A stretch of 39,749 nt of DNA from Cyanophora paradoxa CCMP329 (Eukaryota; Plantae; Glaucophyta), in NCBI GenBank assembly GCA_004431415.1, contig QPMI01000060.1:1-39749 (forward strand), written 5' to 3'. Below the pieces are notes generated by a model that did no database searches, was not told where the DNA came from, and saw only the letters and a program-made list of their open reading frames with translations. The translations under genes were made by a program, and so were the position numbers. Positions within the stretch are counted from its first letter, which is position 1. Each line of letters starts with the position of its first letter. Below are positions 1 through 12,024 of the stretch, piece by piece.

Positions 1-20
1 CTTCGATTTCCTTTTCTCAG

Positions 21-2795
21 AACCGGAACCTCGGCCTGGTCGCCACCGACTACCCCGGGACCCCCTCCCTCGGTCCGCCGGCGGCCGCCCCTGCCCTCGC
101 GACGCCGCCGACGTCGACGCCGCGCGCGCGCGCAGGGCCGGAGGTGAGGGACGGGAGCGTGCAGGGCCAGTTCGAAGACGACACGTTCCGCTTCATCCGG
201 TGCCGCCCCGCGCCCCGCGCCCGGCCCGCGGCTCGCCGGCCCCGGCCCGCGGCGCTCCGGGATAGCCGCTGAGCGTGCGGGCGACCGGCCGGCATGCGTG
301 CGCGCAGCGTCGGGGTGTTCCTCTGCAGCGGGCCCGACTGCAAGCCCCCCGAGGTCGTGCGCGAGCTGGTGCGCCCCGCCGCGCGCCCCCCACCGCGGCC
401 CCGCGACGCGGATCCGGATGCGGATTCCCCGCCTAGCGGCCCCGGCCCCCGGTCCCGCCCGCCCCGCCCGCCCCGTCCCGCTGAAGCCACCCGGGCTCTC
501 AGGCGCGCAAGATCAAGTTCACGATCTGGCTTTACTACGGTCCGCCAGCCCGGCCCCAAAGCGGGGGCGGGGCTAGGGGCCGGGCCGGCATCGACGCTGC
601 GGGGCCCGGGGCGGGCGCAGAGGACTTCGACGCGGAGGAGCAGCGGGCGGTGCAGCGGCTCTACTCGCGGCGCTACTACGCCATGCCCGACTCCGCCCTC
701 TCCACCGACGTCTTCGTCTCCAGGCCCGCCCCGGCCGCCGCCCGCCCCGCCCCGTCTCCGCGCACCCCGATCGCTCATTTTACTTCCTCCCTTCCTCCCT
801 CCCTGCCCCGCAGCCGCCGCGTGACCTTCACGCCGCGCTTCTACGTCGACGGGACCGACAAGACGTATCCCTTCGCATCCGCCGTCGGTGCCCCTCTCTC
901 GCCCCTTCCCCCCAGTACTCGTTCTCTGGTAGCGTCCGAACCCGACGCGCCTCGTGATCAGACGGGCCGACGGTCCAGCAGAGCGTCCTGTGGGAGCCCG
1001 GTGCGGCCCCGCCCTCGCCCCCCCGGCTGGGCCCGGCACCGGCGCTGACGCCGGGGCGGGGCGGGGCGGGGCGGGGCAGGGGCGGCGATCCTGCTGCTGT
1101 ACGTGCGCATGAGCGACACGTACGAGCGCGACGACTACAAGGTCCGCCTTCCTGGGCCGGGACATAGGACCCTGGAGGGGACGCGCCCGGCCTCCCGCCT
1201 CCCGGCATCGCTCTCGCTGAGGCCGCGCCCGTGCAAGGTCTACTCGTTTCCCGAGATGGCCGGCGACTGGCGCGACCGTACCCCGCCCCGCCCCGTTTCC
1301 GCGCGCCCCCTGCTGACGAACCTGGCCTTCAGGGGCGCGCTCTGGACGGCCATAGGCCTCTCGCTGGGGTTCCTGGGTGAGCGTACCCTGACCCGCCGCT
1401 CAGCGGTACCCCGGCGCGCACGTGATCATAACTTCCCGTCTTTCGCCCACAGCACTCAAGTACAACGGGCGGGCGCGTCTCTCCCGCCCCCCGTCCCTCC
1501 TTCCCCACCCCCTCCTCTTCCCTCCCCCCCAAACGGGGGTACGGGCAGGTGTTCTCGGGGGCGGTGCGGCGGCACCTGGGCCCGGGGGTCGACTTCCGCT
1601 CTCTCTACGCCCTCGACATCCAGGCGCCCCCCGCCCTCCCCGCCGCTTCTGCTGTACCCCGGCTGAGGCCTAGGCGCGCCCCGGGCCCCTCAGTCGACGA
1701 CTCTGGACATGCCACTCTCGGATGGGCAGGCGCGCTCTCCCACCCTCCCTGAACCCCGCCTTCCGCCCTGGCTGACAACTCCGCGCGCCGCAGCTCGCCG
1801 CACGCCTGAAGAGGCTCCGCTTCGAGATCGCCGCCGAGGCGCGCCGCACCGCCGTACCCCCCGCTCGCCTCGTCCCCCCCTCTCGATCGGTGCCGGGGCC
1901 GGGGCGCAGGTGAAGGACCGGAGGAACAAGAGGGACGACGGCGGGGCGGCGATCGGGCGCATCTTCGAGCGCGTCAAAGCCGGCCTCCGCCGCGCCGGCA
2001 GCCAGGCCCGCCCTTCCCTTTGCCTTCAAGCTGTACCCCCGGCCGCGGGAGGACCGAGTTGCGGGGCGGCCGTCGGGCGCAGGTGGGGCTGGTGGGGCTC
2101 TCCCTGGACGGGGGTACTACCAATGCAAATTCGAAGGAGGAGAGGCAAGGCCCCCGGGCGTCGCGCTGCCGGGCCGCGCCCCCTCGGGCTGACGGACGCG
2201 GGGCCCAGGCGGCAGCTGCAGTCGGCGCTCGGCCGGCGCTTCTCGCAGAGCCCCGGGGCGATGCGGGGCCGGGGCCCGGGGCCGGGGCCCGCGCCGGAGC
2301 CCGGGCCCCGCGGCCCTCGCCCCCGCAACGCGGCGTCAACGTCCTCGTCCCCGCCGGGCCGGGGTCCGCGGCGCCGGGACTCGCCAAGGCCGCCGAGCAG
2401 GCACCGGGCACCGGGCACCCCTCGGGCCCACCATCCGACTGGCGGCGGTGCGCTAGCGCTGAAACCCAACTTTTCCGCCGCGCACCCTAATCATATAACC
2501 ACGTAGAGGGGACCACGCCGGCGCCGCCGGCGCCTCGGTCCCCGCGGCGGTCATAGCGGCCGCAGCGGCCGCCGGGCAGCGCGGGCGGCGACGGCCCTCC
2601 TCGGACTACGTGTACACGCACGGCTCCAGCGCGGGGCCCTCCGGCTCGGGGCCGGCGCCGCCCCGCAGCCGGCCCCCGCCCCGCGAGCTCCTCCCGCGAT
2701 CGAACCCCGCGGGCGCCCGATCGGCCTCACCCCGGCGCGCCCCCCGCCCGGCCCCGGCCCCCGCCCCGGCCCCCGCCTCCCTCGACCCCTTGTAG
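21..2795 (+). CDS. Multi-exon host membrane protein, 5' end outside window; possible DEG/ENaC/PAC-like channel
   Basis: Exons can be stitched across GT/GC-AG introns into a continuous non-random peptide: ...FRFIRVGVFLCSGPDCKPPEVVRELARKIKFTIWLYYEDFD...AAILLLYVRMSDTYERDDYKVYSFPEMAGDW-GALWTAIGLSLGFL (predicted TM)..., followed by a low-complexity tail probably ending ASLDPL* at 2795. The 3' exon structure is less certain. Confidence 0.55.
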
Positions 2796-3067
2796 ACGTG
2801 TCACCGGCAGTCCTAGCTATAGGGGTGCCCTCGCGATCGGAAGATCTAGATTTTCAATTTTGATTCTTAGCAAGCAGCCTGGCTGACTGCAAAGCCTGCA
2901 GCTGGTAAATAAGTCATTGGGTCACCGGGTTGTCGAAAACTGATCAGCGCGGGGCGGGCCGCACATATGCATACAGCCGCTGAGCTGCAGGCCCTGAACG
3001 TCACGGCCACGGCGTGCGAAATTCTAGAAGTCCTCACGGGGGTACGCTCGCGGGTCAGTTCGCAACG

Positions 3068-4527
3068 ATGGACGCGGACGTGGATTTCGCGTTCGACATC
3101 GAGAAGCACCTCGACGCGCCGAGTGCGAGCATCCGAGCAACATCGCACCGCTCTTTCTTACGCCCGCGCAGCCGCCGCCCCGCAGAAGACGACATGCAAC
3201 TTCTACATTACAGGGACGTGCTCAAACGGCGCTGCGTGCCCCTACAAGCATGCGGGAAGGGTGCGCACGGGTCGGAAGCTGCCCGGCCGCGCGCCTCACG
3301 GATCCCGACTTTGCCAGGGCGGCCGGGCGGTCGTCTGCAAGCATTGGCTGCGCAACCTGTGCAAGAAGGGCGATATGTGCGAGTTCCTGCACGAGTACGA
3401 CATGAATAAGATGCCTGAGTGCTGGCATTACGCGCGGTGAGCCTGCCGTGCGTGAAGCTCGCTCCCGCGCGGCTCATCGCGCGCCGTAGCTATGGCGAGT
3501 GCCACACGCCCGACTGCCAGTATCTGCACATCAACCCCGACCAGAAGACGCGCGAGTGCATGTGGTTCGCCCGCGGGCACTGCAGGCACGGTGCGCGGTG
3601 CCGGCCACGGTGGCGATGTGCTGCCGCGGGGCGCCGACGCGCGTGGGCAGGGCCGCGCTGCAAGAACAAGCACGTGAAGAAGCAGGCGTGTCCGTACTTT
3701 ATGGCCGGGTTCTGCCCCGAGGGGCCGAACTGCAAGATGGCGCAGTGCGCTCGCCCCGCCCGCCCGCCCGCCGCCTACGCCCGCGCTGCGCATCCGCGGG
3801 CGAGCGCGGCGACGCAGCGCGAAGTGGGACGTGGCTGCGGACGGGACGCCGAAGCCGCAGATGGTGGGCGAGACGACTAAGAACCCGATGAGCCAGGCCG
3901 CGTACGCGGTGCGCCGGCCCCGGCCTGGCCCCGCCCCCCGCCCCGCCGCCCTCTCGAGCGCGCGCGCAGGCGCAGGCGGCGCGGCAGGAGGGCGGCCCGG
4001 GGCAGCCGCAGCAGGGACAGGGGGGCAGCCCCAGCAGCAGCAGGGCATCGTCTGCCACTACTGGTCCGCTCCCCGCTCCCCGCGCACCGCGCCCCGCCCC
4101 GCCCCGCCCTTGGCCTGACCGGCCGGCCCCAGCGGGACGCCCGGGCACAAGTCGGTGCGCCGCGCGCGCGCCGCTGGCGCCGAGCGCCGTAGGCCTGTGG
4201 CTGACGCGCGCGCGCGCAGAACGTGTGCGAGAAGAACCCGCGGGCGCAGGGGCGCAACCTGAGCCACATCCAGTGCTACCGCTGCTCCCAGTACGGCCAC
4301 TACGCCTCCCAGGTCCCTCCCACGCGCGCGCCCCCGGCCGCCCTCCTCTCACGGCGCCGCCCCAGTGCCCCACCGGCGGCCCGGGCGGCGGCGGCGGCAC
4401 CGGAGGCGGCGGCGGGGGCGGCGGCGGCGGCGGGGGCGGGCCGAGGCAGCAGGAGCGGCCGCCGCAGCAGCAGCAGCAGTGGCAAGGGACCAACGCGATC
4501 GCGACGTTCGAGGGCGGCTCTCGGTAG
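3068..4527 (+). CDS. CPSF4: Cleavage and polyadenylation specificity factor 30 kDa subunit (CPSF30/YTH1), multi-exon
   Basis: ATG at 3068; introns include 3123-3171, 3261-3317, 3437-3489, 3591-3650 and 3745-3817. The spliced product has five CCCH fingers, including the signature VVCKHWLRNLCKKGDMCEFLHEYDMNKMPEC, and two CCHC knuckles (CHYCGTPGHKSNVC, CYRCSQYGHYASQC). TAG at 4525-4527. Confidence 0.93.
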
Positions 4528-4866
4528 CTTACCCGGGCGCCCGGTCCGCCGCGGCCCGGACAGCTTCCATTCGACCCCTGCCCTCCAGTCCGCCCTTCGC
4601 CTTCTCCACCCCGCCCCGCCCCGCCCCGCCCCACGCTTCCCCGCTCTCCCGGCTTTCCGTCACACGGCGTGCAGACGCACGCACGCGCCTCTCTCTGTCG
4701 TGTCGCACGCACGTTATTTCTGCCACATTGAAACAAAGCTACGAACAGGAAAACGTAAGATGCGCTGGAGAAGGGAGCGGTGGGCCGGGGGCGGCCCCTC
4801 GGGCGGTCAGCTGCATCTCGGCGCGCGCGCACTCGGGGCCGGCGGCGGGCTCGGGCGCTCGCGCGC

Positions 4867-7800
4867 TCAGGCGCCGAGGAAGAGCTCGATGTAGCGGCCG
4901 CCCATGTGCGCGCGGTTCCGGTCCCGCACCGCCCGCGCCGCCTGCTCCATCGTCCCGAAGCAGACCCTGCCGCCCCCCCGGCCCCGCCGTCAGCCGGCCG
5001 GCCGGCCGCTGGCGGGGGCTCGAGGGGGGTACGGCGGACCAGGCCTCGCCGGAGGAGCGGCCGTCGTGGTCGGTACCCAGCTGGACGGAGCTGGGGATGA
5101 AGCCCTCGCAGCCCTGGAAGAAGTCTGCGCGCCCCGCGCCCGTCAGAGGCGCCGGCCCCGGCGGGGCGGGGCGGGGCGGGGGTGGAGGGAGGGGCGCGCC
5201 GACGATGTCGTGGGAGGCGGCGCGGTAGGGGAGGCCCCGCATGCGGACGACGGCCCCGCCCGAGGCGGCGCCGAGCATGGGCCGCCCGAAGCCGCCGGCG
5301 AGGGGGTTGGACATGCCGCCGAGGCCCATATCGAGGCCCGGCATGCCCCCGAAGCCGCCCAGGCCCGGCATCCCCAGGCCGCCCAGCGAGCCGCTGATCA
5401 GGGCGAGCTGGTTGTTGCCGGCCATCGAGGCGGCGCCCATGCCGCCCATGCCGCCCATGCCCAGCAGCGGGTTCGTGAGGGCGGAGCCCATGGCTGAGCC
5501 CATGGGAGAGCCCATGGAAGGCATCCCCGCGAGGGCGCCGCCCATCGCCGCCGCGCCCATCAGCAGCGACGTGTCCGGCTGCACGGGCGCCCCGCTGTAC
5601 GCCGCCATCGCCATCTGCGCCCCGGCCCGCCCCGGCTCGCCTCGCGCCGGGAAGGGAAAGCGGGACCGCGGGGGATCGGACCTGCGTCGCCATCTCCGTG
5701 CGCGTCGCGCGGAACACTTCGACGTAGCGGTGCCCTGCGCCCGCCCCTCCGCTTAGAGCGGCCCCCGGCCGGGCCGGGGCCGGCGGGGCCGGCGGGGCGC
5801 ACCGATGTTGGCCTTGTGCCGCTGCATCCCCCGCATCGCCTCGTCCGCCGAGGCGAACTCCGCGTACGCCTGCGGGGCGGGCGGCCGGCGCGTGGGCCCC
5901 GGGGTTCGGGTCCGGGCGGGCGGGGAGGGCGGACCTCGCCCGTCGGCCGCCCGCCGGCGTTATTGACGATGTGGACGGTGATGGGCGTCGCGCCCTGCGG
6001 CACCGCCCCGCCCCGCGTCAAGCGCCGCGCTCCGGGCCGCGCGGGCTGCGCGGGCTACGCCGGGCGGTGCGCACGACGGGGATGAAGAACTCCATGATGT
6101 CGCGCGAGGTAGCCGAGAAGGGCAGGCCCCGCAGCCTGGCCCGCACCCTGTCAGCAGAGGCCGGCAAGGCCCGGCCCGGGCTCGCTGGCTCGAGGCGGAC
6201 TCGCTCGCACCGGACGCAGGTGTTCTCGGAGAAGATGCCGCCGGTGGGAGCGCCCTTGGCGGACGGGGTGGCGCTGGGGGAGACCCCGCCCGGGCCGTAC
6301 AGGGACGAGAAGCCGGAGAGGGGCGCCCCCGAGGCCGCCTGGTTGCGCGACGCCACGTAGTTGTACAGGTCGCCCTGCGAGCGAGCGCGCCGAGGCGCTT
6401 CAGGGGCGAGCGGAGAAGAAGGCGGGCGGGGCGGGGCGGGGCGGGACGGGGGCGCCTTTGTGGAGCGGAAGAGCTCGATATAGCGGCTGCCGATGCGTTC
6501 CTTCTGGCGCCGCGAGAGCGCGTCCAGCGCCGCCGTCTCGTTCCCGAACTCCACGTACGCCTGCGCCGCCGGCTCGGCTCGGATCGAAGGGCGGGGGGAG
6601 GGCGGGGGCGGGGAGGGGAGTGCGGCGCGCCTCGCCGGTGGGGCGGCCGTCGGAGCCGACGCAGATGTGGACGCCGTTGTCCACCAGCGGGAACCCCGAG
6701 AAGAACGCCTCGATGTCGTACTGCGCGGCGCCCGGCGGGCGTCAGGCCGCCGCGCTGAGCGCGCTGGGGCGGGCGAGGGCGGACCTTGGTGGCGGAGTAG
6801 GGGAGCCCGCGCATCCTCAGCACGCCCTGGTACCGCACGTCGGGGTTCGTCGACGAGACCTGCCCGCCCGGCCGTGAGCGGAGCGCGGCCGGCAGGGGGC
6901 GGAGGGCGGGCGGGCGGGATCGCGCCATGTCCAGGGAGGGGTACCCCGTGAGGGCGAGCTGGTTGTTCGGGGTGGGGGCCGCGTCCGAGAAGCCGCCGTA
7001 CCCGCTGTAGTCCTGGCGCCGCGTCTCCTCCAGCTCCTTCTCGGTAGCCCTGAAGACCTCCACGTACCGGTGGCCTGTACCCCCCTCCCGTCAGCGGCGG
7101 CGGCGGCGGCGGGGGGGGCGGGAGGCGGCGGGGGCGGCCGCACCCATCTGCTGCCGGTGGCGCTCCATCGCCTTCTCCGCCTCCTCTTCCCGCGGGAACT
7201 TCACGAAGGCCTGCGGGCGCGGGTTCGAATCCCGGCGGCGCCGCTTTCTTTCGAGGGGACGCGGGGGGGCGGACCTCGCCGGTGGGCCGGCCGGAGCTGT
7301 TCTGCACGATGACGACGGCGTCACGGGGTATGGTGATGCCCTCGAGGAAGCGGCGGATGTCCTCCTCGTTCGCCTGCCAGGGCAGGCCCCGCAGCCGAAC
7401 GATGTGCGGGCCCGACGACCCGGAGTCCCGCCGCCCGCCCTCGCGCGCCCCGTCCCGCTCCCCGTGCTCCTCCCCGTCTCGCTCCCGCTCTTCCTTCTTC
7501 TCCTCCGCCGCACGCTCCTCCTCGCTGCGCGCGGAGGCGCGTGAGGCGCGCGGGGTTGGCGGGGCGCGGGGCGCGCCTGGGGGGATTGAAGTAGCGCTGG
7601 GCCTCGGGGTCCTTGGCCGGGTCGTACGAGTCCGGGATGGTCTCCGGGTTGGCAAAGACGTGCCCTGCGCGCCCGTTCGCTCGCCAAAAGAGGGGGCGGG
7701 GCGGCGGGCGCAGGCCGGCCGCACCGTCTGCGAGGAGCCGGCTAAGGACGCGCGCGATCGTGTTGCAGCCTACGGCGCCCCGCAGCCGCGTGCCGGCCTC

Positions 7801-8613
7801 GATCGGGATGCCCAGGCCTGCGCGGCGCCGGTCAGCGCCCCGCCGTGTTCGGACCGGCCCCGCAGCTGCGCACTGGTGGCGACGGTCTCGAGGTCGCCGG
7901 CCGGCTTGCTCGGGTGCCGCTTCTTGAACTCTCGCCGGACGTCCAGGAATCTTCGAGAACGGCGAAAGCCGCATGAGAGGGGCCCGCGCGCGGCGCGCGG
8001 CGGTCGCCAAAAAGGAATGGTCGCACTTGCTGTAGTGCGCGGCGAGCTTTACGCCCTTCCGCGTCGCCTCGCTCCGCAGGATGTACTTAATATCGACCGG
8101 GCCATCGGAAATGAGGCAGAATGACTTGTTGTTCGCCAGCAGCTGCGTGAAGCAGAAGTTGTCGAACTGCCGGGCGCGGGAAGTGAGCGGGCGCGCAGGC
8201 GCGGGGAGCGCGGGAGCCTCGGGCTTTCCCACCTGCTGAACGGCCTCCTGCAGCGAGCCCAGCGAGGAACTCGCGAGGAGTTCTTCGGTGATGCCGGTGG
8301 CCTTCGACACAGATTCCGGAAGCTGGGGCGTCCAGTGCGGCTTGATGTAGAACTGCTGGCTCGTCTGAACCTGATTATCGGATACGGCATACACGAGCCA
8401 CGGCCACGAGACTGCGGAGGCGTGAATGAGCGCGCGGGGCGTGGGGGAGCGGCGTGAGCGCGGCGGCAAGGACGCACTGATCTCCTGCTTCTCACGCGGC
8501 ACTTCGGGAGACTCCGTCGTGTCGAAGTCGACGACGATCACATAGTCATAGGGTTGCGAACCTGAGACTCATTCAGCTTTCCATTTGCGTTTGTGCGGGG
8601 GAGGCTCACCCAT
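4867..8613 (-). CDS. ESRP/Fusilli-like RNA-binding protein: N-terminal DnaQ/DEDDh-like domain plus four hnRNP F/H-type qRRMs, multi-exon
   Basis: ATG G|gtgagc at 8613, first intron 8562-8609, giving MGSQPYDYVIVVDFDTT...EI...SWLVY...QFYIKP. Four repeats of the qRRM signature (V/L)R(L/M)RGLP...GR(P/S)(T/S)GEA(F/Y/W)...RY(V/I)E(V/L)F. Ends RYIELFLGA* with TGA at 4867-4869. Confidence 0.88.
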
Positions 8614-8747
8614 CCTGCCCCGAAATCTACCCCGGCCCCGCCCAGAAGCCCCAAACTCGCTGGAGAACAGAGAAGTGGTGTACCCCGTTGGAGCCGGCCG
8701 TCGGCCGATGAAGGCGAAATCGCAGCACTGAACAGTGGAAGAGGCGA
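8614..8747. promoter_or_regulatory. Probable compact bidirectional promoter
   Basis: Only 134 nt separate the divergent ATGs at 8613 (-) and 8748 (+); GC content is locally lower. Confidence 0.5.
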
Positions 8748-11700
8748 ATGAAGGCTGCGTGCCGCTTCTGGGCGGCCAACGGCAGCTGCAGGAAAGGTCT
8801 CAACTGCCCCTACGCGCACGCAGCTGAGCAGCCGCTCCGCCCGGCTCCCCTTCGCTACAAGCTTGTGAACAGCACGCAACCTAGCTCATCCGGCACGCAA
8901 CCTGGCCCGTCCAGCGCTCCGACCACCCCTCTGGTCAAGCGCAGCGCGATGTCGCTCGTGCGGCCGGGGGGGGCCAAGCCGGCATCGGCTTCCCGAAAAA
9001 CGGCGGCCGTGATTCCTGCGGTGGTCCACGCAGCAGCCGCTCCCGTCCAGGCGGCCCCCCTGCAGGCGCTCGTGAAGCGCAGCGCAACGTCGCTCGTCCG
9101 ACCGGCAGCGAAACCAGCTTCTCCGCGCTCCAACGTGCACTCGGGAGCGCTTTCCGTGGCGGCCCCGGGTCTGCAGCGCCGGGGAAAGAACAGCCTCGTT
9201 CGGGCCGCCTCTGCGCCAAACCCATTGCAGCGGCCGCCCAGTGCCCCTGCTCGACCGCCTTCCGCCCCTTTCGCAGCTCCTGCCGGCCCCATGAAATCCA
9301 TCGCGACGTCCCGCGAATCCCCCGCCCGCTCCTCGCCTTCAGGCACCGCCACCCGCTCCTCTCCCGCCCCGCCGCTTCGAACGCTCCCCTCCTCCTCCTC
9401 ATCCGCCTCCTTCTCCTCTGCTGCCGCCGCCGCTCCCGCCCTCCCCACCGTGCTCCAGCGCCGGGGCAAGAACGCGCTCGTCCGCACGCAGCCGGCGTTC
9501 GCGGGCTCCTCCTCCGCCTCCGCCCCCCGCTCGGCCTCCGCCTCCGGGCCCGCCGCCCGCTCGGCGCGAAGACGCTCATCCTCCCTGAAACCGGCTTCCG
9601 CGCGGCGCTCCCCTCGCCGCGTCTCGGGCGCGGCGGCGGCGGCCCCCGCCGGGACGCCCGCCGCATTCATCAAGCGCGGGCGCAACCGGAACCAGCTCGT
9701 GAACAAGTCGGCGCTGGGTTCGCTCTCCCCTCGGTCTCTCGCTTCCCGCGCAGCTCCCTCCCCCGCCCGACCGCCCCCCCGCAGCCTCCTTGACGCGGGC
9801 CTCGCTCGCGCGCGCCGCCACGCGCGCCCGCGCCACCGCCGCCGCTGCCGCCGCCGCCGCAAGGAGGCAAGGCTTCTGGCGTATCCTTCCCCCGCCGCCC
9901 CGCCGCCGCGGCCGCCGCCGCCCCGCTCGCGCTTGCCTCGCCCTCCTCCCGCCTTGACGGCGCCTCAGAGTCCGGGCGCGGCGGCAGGCTGCGGTCGGTC
10001 GCGCAGGCCAGGGGCCTCGCGGTGCCCGCGCCGGCGCCCGGGCGGCCGCGCGGGGCAGCGCTGCGGCCCTCGCAGTCCCTCAAGCTCGTCTCGTGCGCCC
10101 CTCGGGTCCTCCAAGCGCCCCCGGGAGCCCTCGGGCGACCGGTCGCCCGCAGGATCGGGGGTACCATGTACCACCGGAGCGGCGGGGGAACAAGCTCGTG
10201 CGCCGCTCCCTCGGCCCCAGGCGCCGGCGGCGGGGGCCCCGCCTCCGGCCCCCGCCGTGTCGCCCGGCGCTCCTCGTCCACCCCGCGCACCCCCCTCCGC
10301 GGTGCGGGGCGCCCCGCCGTCACGGCGGGCGGGCGGGCCGCTGACCGCGGGGCAGCCCGCGCCGTGGTCATCGGGGGGGTACAGTACCGCGTGGAGGCGG
10401 GCGGGCGGCGCCTCGTGCGCGCCGACGCGGGGGCCCCCGCCGGCCCCTCCTCCGCCGGCCCCTCCTCCGGTGCCTCAGCTTCTGGCGCGGCGCCGCGCAC
10501 CCCCCAACGCGTCCTCATCGGCGGCGTCACGTATGTAAAGGTGCGCGGGGGCCGCCGCCGCCGCCGCGGGGCCCCGCCTCGCCCCGCCCCGGGCGGCGGC
10601 GGCCGGGGCCGACGCGGCGGGCAGGACGCGACGGGCCACAGCCTGCAGCGCTCGGCGACCGAGGCGCTGCGGACCTTCGCCAAGTGAGCGAGCCGCGCGC
10701 GCCGCGGCCGGCGCGCCGCCGCGTGCGCCGGGGCCCCCGGGCGAGGCGGGCGGGCGGGCGCAGCCGGACGCTGAAGGCGTCGCTGGCGGCGGCGCGGGCG
10801 AAGAGGGCGCGCAAGGCCGAGCCCTGCCTCTTCTTCTCCAAGTTCGGTGCCCCTCGCGCCCCGCCCCCGCCCCGCGCCCCGCCCCGCCCCCGCGTCGCCG
10901 CCGAGGGGCCGCGCCCCGGCAGGCAAGTGCAACCGGGAGGCGTGCCGCTACGCACACGACCCCGACAAGGTGCCTGCCTGCGGAGCGCGTCGCCCGGTGC
11001 TAGGGCCGCTCACGGGGCGCGATGCTTCGGCAGGTCGCCGTCTGCCGGGCCTTCCTGCGCGGCTCCTGCACGTGCGTCCCGTCCCCGCCCGCCCCGCCCG
11101 CGCCGGGCACACGTACCCCGCCCCAGGAAGGAGGGGTGCCCCCTCTCCCACCGCGCGGACCCGGCCAAGATGCAGGCGCGGCGTAGTAGCCCCGCGCGCC
11201 GCCGCGCCCCGGGGCGCCCGAGCGCCGGGCGCGCAGGTCTGCCGCGCGCACCTCTTCGGGCTCTGCGAGCGGCCCCAGTGCCCCTTCCTCCACTCCGACG
11301 TCAGCCCGGACGTGAGCGCCGTGTACCCCCTCCTCCCTTCCCCCCAGGCCGGGGGCCTCAGCGGCGCAGGCGCCGGCGTGCGAGGCGTTTCAGAAGGGCT
11401 ACTGCGAGAGCGGCGCGGCCTGCGCGAAGCTGCACCTGCTCGTCTGCCCCGCCTTCGCCCGCGGTGCGCCCCGCCGGCCCGCCCCGCCCCGCCCCGTCCG
11501 CGGCGCCGACGCGTGCTCAGGGGGCTGCGCCGAGGGCGACGCGTGCAAGCGCTACCACCCGGGCGGCGCCTCGCGCCCCCTGCGGCGCGCGGGAAGAGGC
11601 GCGCGGCGCAGGGGCGCGGGCGGGGCGGGGCAGGAGGGGGCGGGGCTGGGGCTGGATGGCGGGGAGGGGCGGGGGCGCCCGGGGAAGCGGGCCAAGGGCG

Positions 11701-12024
11701 CTGGTCGCTACTTCGACGAGGAGGCGGCGCGGGCGGCCGTGGCGACCCCGCGCTCCTCGCCCGGCGAGCCGGAGAGCAAGGCCGCCGGGCCGGCTGGCGC
11801 GGGGAGGGGCCCGAGGGCGGCGGCAGCTTCGCCGGCGGCTTCATCATCGACCGCCGCGGCTCCTTCGCCCCGCTCGGCGCCGGCCGCGAGGCCGGCGCCG
11901 GGCGGAGGCCAGGGCGGCGGTCGGGGCGGCTGGGGCCAGCGGGGGCGGCGGCTTCCAGCTGCAGCTCGCCGGGGTGCCGGTTCTGGGCCTCGACTCGGAC
12001 GGCGATGACGGCGCATATGCGTAG
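8748..12024 (+). CDS. ZC3H3: ZC3H3 (Smicl/Red5)-like CCCH zinc-finger protein, multi-exon
   Basis: N-terminal CCCH finger (CRFWAANGSCRKGLNCPYAH) and a long basic S/P/A-rich region. Spliced C-terminal finger array PCLFFSKFGKCNREACRYAHDPDKVAVCRAFLRGSC...CPLSH...KMQVCRAHLFGLCERPQCPFLH...CEAFQKGYCESGAACAKLHLLVCPAFAR matches the ZC3H3 pattern (HDPEKVAVC, KMPVC, GYC...KKH.LxCPxF). Probable stop at 12022-12024. Confidence 0.82.

Noticed and set aside
2854-2861. AAAATTGA on the minus strand in host intergenic DNA
   Set aside because: A single 8-mer in an AT-rich patch with no downstream gene in that orientation; not counted with the viral motif.
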